From an uncultured Bacteroides sp. (GTDB taxonomy: Bacteria > Bacteroidota > Bacteroidia > Bacteroidales > Muribaculaceae), in the NCBI GenBank assembly GCA_964480085.1, contig CAYZPI010000008.1, positions 585 to 64,584 on the forward strand: a DNA stretch of 64,000 nucleotides, written 5' to 3'. Within the stretch, counting starts at the first letter, position 1. Every line of letters begins with the position of its first letter. The position numbers were made by a program, and so were the translations under genes. The notes beneath the pieces were generated by a model, which did no database searches, was not told the DNA's origin, and was given only the letters and a program-made list of their open reading frames with translations. Positions 57,408-64,000 of this stretch are shown piece by piece.

Positions 57408-58106
57408 TTATTTGTCATTTTTCTTGAAGGTGACGGATTCAAATCCGTCGGCCACGGGATATGTCACCGTCACTCCGCGGCACGTCGGGCGATGCCACAC
57501 ACCGGAGATATCGAACGAACCGTACACACGGTAAGGATTCTCGCCATCGTTGTTCTCAGCATTCTCATAGTATATATGCAGGCGGGGGAATTCGCTGTCG
57601 AGAGTGGCATTGTCGGCTACAATCACGAGAGTCTCCGGGCGACGCGCCTGGTAGACTGAAAGTTCAGTATCCAGATTGATGAAATCGCCGGTACGCCACA
57701 AGGCATTCACCTTCATGGGCTGGCATTTCCATCCGTCGTAATCCTCGGCTGCGGCCGTGAGCATTTCCTGACTTGTAGAGCTGAGCTGCACATAGCCATA
57801 GACAATAATGTTGCCGGAGGTGTATATATCTCCACCGGCACGGTCGTAGCACAGGATGAGGCGATCGCCGTCCTTGATGGTCTGGATGCGTGAGAAATCG
57901 ATATCAGAGAAATAGGTTATCAAAGGTGAGTCACCGCTCTTGCGCATGGTGAAAATCGACCCTTCTGATGATGATTCCCTCAGGGTGACAAAATCGTAGA
58001 CAGCCTCCTGGGGGATGCTTGACTGCGGCTCATCATCGCCCTTGCATGACGACACAGCGATAAAAATCGACTGCAGCAGAAGAAAATATATTATTGAATG
58101 TCTCAT
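57408..58106 (-). CDS. NigD-like lipoprotein
   Basis: Lipobox VSSC-KGDDE; GDRL..Y, WRTGDFINL and SFDIS pattern. Confidence 0.6.
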   Translation of the reverse strand: MRHSIIYFLLLQSIFIAVSSCKGDDEPQSSIPQEAVYDFVTLRESSSEGSIFTMRKSGDSPLITYFSDIDFSRIQTIKDGDRLILCYDRAGGDIYTSGNIIVYGYVQLSSTSQEMLTAAAEDYDGWKCQPMKVNALWRTGDFINLDTELSVYQARRPETLVIVADNATLDSEFPRLHIYYENAENNDGENPYRVYGSFDISGVWHRPTCRGVTVTYPVADGFESVTFKKNDK

Positions 58107-58107
58107 A

Positions 58108-58806
58108 TCATCCTACTGCAATATCGATGTTGGCTATTCTGGTTTCTTCAGCTACAGTCTCTATCCTGCCATCACGCATGTGCACCACCATATCGCAGTC
58201 GGCAGCCAGACTTTCGTCGTGGGTGACGATGACGAATGTCACTCCAGTGTCGCGGCGCAGGTCGAAGAACAACCGGTGGAGCTCACGCCTGTTGTGGCTG
58301 TCGAGACTTCCTGACGGCTCGTCGGCAAGGATCACCGAGGGCGAATTGACAAGCGCACGTGCCACAGCCGTGCGCTGGCACTCACCTCCGGAGAGCTGGG
58401 AAGGACGATGGTCGGCTCGTGCCGAGAGTCCCATGTATTCTATAAGCCTGCGGGCCTCGGAGAAAGCCTCCGAACGCGAAGCTCCTCCTATGAGGGCCGG
58501 CAAGGCCACGTTCTCCAAAAGAGAGAACTCCGGCAAAAGACGATGGAACTGGAATACGAAGCCTATGTTGCGGTTGCGGAACGATGATAGAGCGGAATCC
58601 GACATACGAAGCACATCCGTACCGTCATAGGTAACGGAACCTGAGTCGGGACGGTCGAGCGTGCCCATGATCTGCAGCAGAGTCGTCTTGCCGGCACCTG
58701 ATGGACCGACAATCGACACCACCTTTCCGGAAGGGATGTCGAGGGAGATACCCTTGAGCACTTCCAGTCCGGAATAAGATTTGTGTATGTCGCGGAGCCT
58801 TATCAT
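58108..58806 (-). CDS. ABC transporter ATP-binding protein (LolD-like)
   Basis: [29 protein letters not shown] and VTHD. Confidence 0.9.
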   Translation of the reverse strand: MIRLRDIHKSYSGLEVLKGISLDIPSGKVVSIVGPSGAGKTTLLQIMGTLDRPDSGSVTYDGTDVLRMSDSALSSFRNRNIGFVFQFHRLLPEFSLLENVALPALIGGASRSEAFSEARRLIEYMGLSARADHRPSQLSGGECQRTAVARALVNSPSVILADEPSGSLDSHNRRELHRLFFDLRRDTGVTFVIVTHDESLAADCDMVVHMRDGRIETVAEETRIANIDIAVG

Positions 58807-58809
58807 GGC

Positions 58810-59736
58810 TTATTTCGCTGTGGAGGGGAATTTTACGGTGAATATCACGTTGTATTTGGTAGGCTCGGGCTGATTCTTGGTGGCGATGGTGCAAGTGAAA
58901 GTCATGTCAACACCACTTCCGGGGCGATAGTCGGAAACGAAATTGGTAATCTTTGCTGCCTCGAAAGGAGTGCCGGCGGCATTGATGTCAGTCACACCCT
59001 CGTTCATCAAGGTGGGAGTGATGTCATCGCCATGCATGATGATGTTGCCGTATTCATCAACATTGAATTTCAGTCCGGGGAACTTCATGTTCATTGCAGG
59101 CATCTGCTCTGCGAACTTTGCGCCCTGTATCACCAGGAATGCCGACTGGTCGTCGGGATTGAGGATGAAATAGTAGAACGGACTGTTTGCCTCACTGAGC
59201 TTGAACTCCTTGCCGGAATTGTCCATTACCCTTGTCTCGCCCACTTCCACAGTCTGCTGCGGAAGGGAGATGACGCGATATTCATTGTTATTGACGGTGT
59301 ATTCGATCATCGAGCAAGCGGGGAACTGAAGGCTTCCATATATGCGGTTGAGCATCTGGAAATTCAACTTGTCGAATACCAGTCCTCCCGGTATGTTCGA
59401 CGGTTTGGCATCAGTGAGTGAAATGTCCTGCCAACCTCTGTTGTTGAGTCTCCAGGACACATCGCTGAAAGTCACCGCGCTGTATTTCTGTCCGTCGGGA
59501 AGCTGCAGCCCCATGATGGAGAATTCGGCTTTCTGATCGGTGTTGTACCACCATTTCACTTCGTAAGATACCCCGCCCTTGAATGTCTGGTTTCCTTCGT
59601 TATCGAATATCACGTTGAAATACCCCGTAAGCTTGTCGGTGGTGGTGTAATCATTTTCATGGTCACCGAGACAGGAGGAGAAGAGAGTAGCTGTCAAAAT
59701 AGCAAAGCTGATTGAAAGCTGTTTTAAATTTTTCAT
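58810..59736 (-). CDS. Hypothetical lipoprotein
   Basis: Lipobox FSSC-LGD; beta-rich, probably two domains. Confidence 0.7.
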   Translation of the reverse strand: MKNLKQLSISFAILTATLFSSCLGDHENDYTTTDKLTGYFNVIFDNEGNQTFKGGVSYEVKWWYNTDQKAEFSIMGLQLPDGQKYSAVTFSDVSWRLNNRGWQDISLTDAKPSNIPGGLVFDKLNFQMLNRIYGSLQFPACSMIEYTVNNNEYRVISLPQQTVEVGETRVMDNSGKEFKLSEANSPFYYFILNPDDQSAFLVIQGAKFAEQMPAMNMKFPGLKFNVDEYGNIIMHGDDITPTLMNEGVTDINAAGTPFEAAKITNFVSDYRPGSGVDMTFTCTIATKNQPEPTKYNVIFTVKFPSTAK

Positions 59737-59849
59737 TATTTTTCGAATAATTGTTAATAGCGAAAGTGCGATTTATTAAAAATCTGCAAGCAACCGCAAA
59801 TATTGGTTAATTATGTTGGTTATGTCGCCGGATTCGGCGTAATCAGCCA

Positions 59850-59881
59850 CAAAGTTACGAAAAAAAAATAAGTTTCGCAAA
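59850..59881 (-). promoter_or_regulatory. Promoter for the lipoprotein-lolD-nigD run
   Basis: Minus strand TTTG-N20-TAACTTTG, with a 9-nt homopolymer in the spacer. Confidence 0.65.
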
Positions 59882-59899
59882 CGAAAGTGGTTTTAGCTT

Positions 59900-62122
59900 T
59901 TAGGCTTTTGGCCGGGAGGTGAAGAGGTATCTGAACGTGATGCCGAACATACATGGATTCGCCTGCTGCACGAACGCGTTGCCCATCGACACGAAATAGA
60001 ACGTGTCGTAGTGCGTGGAGGTGAGGTTCTCGCCCCAGAGCCGGAGCGACACCTTGCCGTTGTCGAGTGCAGCCGAGGCAGCAAGAGTTGCGTAAAATGG
60101 CTGGACCACTGTGTTGGCATCGTCCCAATAAATCTTCCCTACCCCTCTGCCGCTGACATTTACCGACGGGGAAAAACTTCCTATCTTGAAAGGCAGAATG
60201 TAATTGGCCGAGAGGAAAACAGTGTTGTGCGGGGCATACGGCAAATAGCAGCCCTTGAGATTCTCCTTTCCATTGTCGTATCTGATGAATTTCGCATTGG
60301 TGTAGCCGTAGCTTCCACGCAGCATCAGCCCGGGATGCGGAAAATATGCCGCCGAAAGCTCAGCACCGAAAGAGCGGGTGCGCCCGGCGTTGGTCATGAT
60401 TCTGCCGGTGGTAAGACCATCGGGGAAAGTGGTGAGCTGCTGGTCGGTGCACAGGATATAAAAGAGGGATGCGTTCAGATCCAAATCTCCATCAAGACAT
60501 GAAGTGTTGCCGCCGATTTCGAAATTCCAGCTTTTCTCAGGACGATAGCTCACGACATCATCCACATCGTATTTCTCGGTGAGCCCCATCATGCCCATGA
60601 TTTTCTGCTGGAGCACATCGCTGAACATCTGTGTATTGAACCCACCGCTCTTGTACCCTTTGGCGATGTTGGCATAGACCCTGCTGTCGGGACCGATGTC
60701 ATAGCCCACGGCTAGTTTGGGCAGGAACTGCACGAATGTGTGCGACAGGTCGCCGCTCTGGTCGATTTTCACCGGATTATGGCTGTAGACCTCCTTAGAT
60801 CCGTCTGGCATGACATGGTATGTGGTGTATCCGGTATCGCAATGGCTGCGATAGGTCAGCGACGTTCGCTCTACATCCAGACGCAGTCCGAGCTCTACAT
60901 TCCATTGCCCGAAACGCCTGGAACTCTGCTGATACACCGCGAAACCTTTGGTGATGACATCAAATTCGCTGCCTAAGACAAATGCCCGCTCATCCCAACG
61001 TATCGGATACGATGGATTCATATCGTTGGGATGCTTCTCGATAAGGTCGGAGATACCTGTATCCTTGAATGTTACAGGTGCATGCATATCCATATCCTTA
61101 TAGAAAGCGAAAACGCCCCCGAGCCATGTGAGCGGTCCGCGCGAACCCTTGGCATAAAGATCTTCGGTGACCGCATATTCATGCCGCCGCTGGGAAAGCG
61201 TGAAGAATGGCTGCGGCAGGAAATCCTGGTCGAGCGTCATGTCATCATCGATATATTGGAATGATGTCACCGACGTGACAAGCACCCTTTTTCCCGTCCA
61301 GCCTACGGTGAGACCATCAGTAAAGGCATTCCGTCGGTAGAAGCAAGTGTCGTCGCGGGCTATCTCGCCCGTCGAAAGACTGCGGTAGGGATATCCGCCC
61401 TGACGGGAAAGCGACATGGACGCAACATTCATCACCGAGGTGTGAAGCGAAGGCCGAAAAGCAGCCTTCCACCGCACATAGCCCTGCTTCTCGGTGTCAA
61501 GTCGCGTGCCGTTGTAAGCGTTGCGGAAAAAGCCGTCGGTCTTGGTGAAATAGGCGGTTAAGGCAGAGGCGAACGAGCTGTTGTGCTTCATGTAGCCACC
61601 TACTCCGGCTTTTACAGAGTGACCGTTACCAACCTCCAGCATCGCCCTCACCCCCTGGAAACGCCATGGATTCACTGTGGAGATATTCACCTGTCCGGCC
61701 ATTGTGTTGCGACCGTTGAGAATCGACTGCGCCCCCCTGAACACCTCGACCTTTTCGATATCGAAAAGGTCGAAATCATAGTTGTCCTTATTAAGGATTG
61801 GCACATTGTCGACATTGAGCCCTACCACGGGCTGGTCGATGCGGGCGCCCAAGCCGCGGACATATATCGAGGATGTGATCCTCGACCCATAAGCCGGGAT
61901 ATAGAAATTGGGCACCACATCACTGGCGTCCTTCATGGTGACGATGTTGAGACGCTCAATCTCCTTGGCCGAAATCTGCGTGACGGCGGAAAGGTCGGTC
62001 TCCGCCGACTGTTTCACTCCCACCACCTTCACCTCATCGAGGCGGGTGACAATAGTGTCGGTCTGGGCATACGCCGATACAGAACCGGCCAGAACAGCCA
62101 ATAATATCGCAGACTTTTTCAT
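59900..62122 (-). CDS. TonB-dependent receptor (non-SusC type)
   Basis: Signal peptide from ATG 62122; plug YVRGLG..DIEKVEVFRG..GRNTMAG; GYKSGGFN; PEKSWNFEIG. Confidence 0.88.
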   Translation of the reverse strand: MKKSAILLAVLAGSVSAYAQTDTIVTRLDEVKVVGVKQSAETDLSAVTQISAKEIERLNIVTMKDASDVVPNFYIPAYGSRITSSIYVRGLGARIDQPVVGLNVDNVPILNKDNYDFDLFDIEKVEVFRGAQSILNGRNTMAGQVNISTVNPWRFQGVRAMLEVGNGHSVKAGVGGYMKHNSSFASALTAYFTKTDGFFRNAYNGTRLDTEKQGYVRWKAAFRPSLHTSVMNVASMSLSRQGGYPYRSLSTGEIARDDTCFYRRNAFTDGLTVGWTGKRVLVTSVTSFQYIDDDMTLDQDFLPQPFFTLSQRRHEYAVTEDLYAKGSRGPLTWLGGVFAFYKDMDMHAPVTFKDTGISDLIEKHPNDMNPSYPIRWDERAFVLGSEFDVITKGFAVYQQSSRRFGQWNVELGLRLDVERTSLTYRSHCDTGYTTYHVMPDGSKEVYSHNPVKIDQSGDLSHTFVQFLPKLAVGYDIGPDSRVYANIAKGYKSGGFNTQMFSDVLQQKIMGMMGLTEKYDVDDVVSYRPEKSWNFEIGGNTSCLDGDLDLNASLFYILCTDQQLTTFPDGLTTGRIMTNAGRTRSFGAELSAAYFPHPGLMLRGSYGYTNAKFIRYDNGKENLKGCYLPYAPHNTVFLSANYILPFKIGSFSPSVNVSGRGVGKIYWDDANTVVQPFYATLAASAALDNGKVSLRLWGENLTSTHYDTFYFVSMGNAFVQQANPCMFGITFRYLFTSRPKA

Positions 62123-62145
62123 AGGAAAAACGGGACGGGGACTAC

Positions 62146-62502
62146 TTACCAACGGGTGGTGAACGAAACGTAGTCGAGCTGCGCGGGGATGGGAGGCGCA
62201 AGCTTTGCCACTGTCACGGCTCCTCCGGAGATTTTTTCCGGGAATCTGGAGCATATCGCACGACGGATCCGCGCCGCCACATGCTCCAGGAGTTTCGACG
62301 GCAACGCCATCTGTTCCTTCACGATAGACACTACCTCGGCATAGTTCACCGTATGGGCAAGCGTGTCATTCTCCATCGCCTCATCTACATCCGCAAGCAG
62401 GAGAACGACGTCGATGGAGAATTCGTTGCCTACCCTTCGCTCTTGTTCGAGGACACCATGGTGCCCCGTGATGCGCAGACCTCTGATTTCTATAGATTCC
62501 AC
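62146..62502 (-). CDS. folB: Dihydroneopterin aldolase
   Basis: GHHGVLEQE, TVNY, SKLLEHVA and KLAPP; GTG start. Confidence 0.92.
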   Translation of the reverse strand: MESIEIRGLRITGHHGVLEQERRVGNEFSIDVVLLLADVDEAMENDTLAHTVNYAEVVSIVKEQMALPSKLLEHVAARIRRAICSRFPEKISGGAVTVAKLAPPIPAQLDYVSFTTRW

Positions 62503-62514
62503 ACGCTGATGCTG

Positions 62515-64000
62515 TTACTTGTGATTTTTCTTGGAAGCGCCGCCCTTGCGGTGAGAACGCGCCTTTTTGCCTACTGACGAGTCGCGATTCGACTGGTTGT
62601 GTTGATTATAGAGGTTGGGATCCTTGCCCATATCGTCGACCATGGCAAAATCAAGCTGCTTCTTGTCGAGGTTGGCACGAGCCACCTTCACCTTCACCAT
62701 ATCGCCGAGACGATACCTGTTGTTGTGGCGGCGTCCCACCAGACTATAGTTCTTCTCATCGAAATCGTAATAGTCGTCGGCAAGATCACGCACCGGCACG
62801 AGGCCCTCGCACATATTGTCTTCGAGTTCGACATAGAGTCCCCACTCTGTGACACCGGAAATCATGCCGGTATACACCTCGCCGAGATGGTCGTTCATGT
62901 ACTCCACCTGCTTGAACTTGATGGAGGCGCGTTCGGCATTGGTGGCAAGCTGCTCCATATTGGATGAATGCTTGCACTGCTCCTCAAGTTTTTCGACATT
63001 GACGCTACGTCCACCATCGAGATATTTTTCGAGCAGACGGTGAACCATCATGTCAGGATACCTGCGGATGGGCGAGGTGAAATGAGTGTAGAACGGAAAA
63101 CCGAGACCGTAATGCCCGATATTATTAGTGGTGTAGACAGCCTTCGCCATAGAGCGGATGGCAAGGGTGGAAAGGAAATTCTCCTCGCCTTTGCCTTTCA
63201 CCGCCGCAAGCATGGCATTGATCGAACGGTTGACCTCCTTCGACGAACCCGACGAACGCACCTTGTAGCCGAAATTGCGTGACAATTCCGACAGGTCGGA
63301 GAGCTTTCCGGGATCCGGCATATCATGCACCCTGTATACGAATGCCTTTGGTTTCTTCTTACCCTTGACATCTCCTATGGTCTTGGCCACCGTTTTGTTG
63401 GCGAGAAGCATGAACTCCTCGATGAGTTTGTTGGCATCCTTCGACTCCTTGAAATACACGCCTGTCGGATGGCCGTTCTCGTCGATGTCGAAACGCACCT
63501 CGGCACGGTCGAACTCCACTGAGCCATTCTCGTATCTCTCTTTACGAAGGATTTTTGCCAAACGGTCAAGAGTGAGGATTTCGTCGGCGAAATCGCCCTT
63601 GCCTGTCTCTATCACCTCCTGGGCCTCTTCGTAGGCGAAACGGCGGTCGCTGTTGATCACGGTCTTGGAGATTCTGGAATTGAGGACGCGTGCCTCATCG
63701 TCCATCTCGAATATCACGGAGAACGTGAGTTTGTCCTCGTTGGGACGCAGCGAGCAGATGCCGTTGCACAGATGCTCCGGGAGCATTGGCACAACACGGT
63801 CCACAAGATATACCGAGGTTGCACGCTTTTCAGCCTCACGGTCGATGATGGTGTTGGGATGCACATAGTGGGTTACATCGGCTATATGCACACCCACCTC
63901 ATAGTGTCCGTTGGGTAGCTTGCGCAGCGAGAGGGCATCATCGAAATCCTTGGCATCCTTGGGGTCGATGGTGAATGTGGTGACGCCTCGCATGTCAATC
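62515..64000 (-). CDS. rnr: Ribonuclease R (3' part; 5' end beyond the window)
   Basis: TIDPKDAKDFDDALS, HIADV, IEEFML, HFTSPIRRYPD, S1 domain and basic tail. Confidence 0.95.
   Translation of the reverse strand, partial: IDMRGVTTFTIDPKDAKDFDDALSLRKLPNGHYEVGVHIADVTHYVHPNTIIDREAEKRATSVYLVDRVVPMLPEHLCNGICSLRPNEDKLTFSVIFEMDDEARVLNSRISKTVINSDRRFAYEEAQEVIETGKGDFADEILTLDRLAKILRKERYENGSVEFDRAEVRFDIDENGHPTGVYFKESKDANKLIEEFMLLANKTVAKTIGDVKGKKKPKAFVYRVHDMPDPGKLSDLSELSRNFGYKVRSSGSSKEVNRSINAMLAAVKGKGEENFLSTLAIRSMAKAVYTTNNIGHYGLGFPFYTHFTSPIRRYPDMMVHRLLEKYLDGGRSVNVEKLEEQCKHSSNMEQLATNAERASIKFKQVEYMNDHLGEVYTGMISGVTEWGLYVELEDNMCEGLVPVRDLADDYYDFDEKNYSLVGRRHNNRYRLGDMVKVKVARANLDKKQLDFAMVDDMGKDPNLYNQHNQSNRDSSVGKKARSHRKGGASKKNHK

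Noticed and set aside
62123-62254. Extended TonB receptor N-terminus
   Set aside because: It overlaps folB; the signal peptide begins at ATG 62122.

Overview
Bacteroidales chromosome segment, most consistent with Muribaculaceae. This placement is an inference from SusC/SusD, type IX secretion (T9SS) C-terminal domains (CTDs) and TTTG-N19-21-TAnnTTTG promoters. It holds about 53 CDSs, from the 5' end of thrS (missed by the ORF track) to the 3' part of rnr. Content: housekeeping genes (rpe, ftsK, lolA-like, trxB, lgt, engB, trpS, cysS, folB); a peptidoglycan-recycling run (ampG-like, NagX-like, BadF-type kinase, murQ); split rhamnose/glycosylation genes; scattered CAZymes (GH35, GH13 pullulanase, GH63-like, CE8, GH115); a SusC/SusD unit with no adjacent enzyme; and an MNT-HEPN toxin-antitoxin pair. 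I saw no rRNA, tRNA, CRISPR array or transposase. Most interesting signals: (1) a tRNA-Thr(UGU) anticodon-arm-like hairpin just upstream of thrS; (2) a small T9SS protein and a CTD-less Fn3-repeat protein sharing an N-terminal beta-motif, a possible adaptor/passenger pair; (3) dispersed heptamer-repeat and GTAG-REP elements that often supply stop or start codons; (4) a nucleotidyltransferase-GHMP kinase fusion; (5) EngB with an embedded small ORF; (6) a 17-bp palindrome over the rfbA promoter. All family calls are from motif recognition, not database searches.
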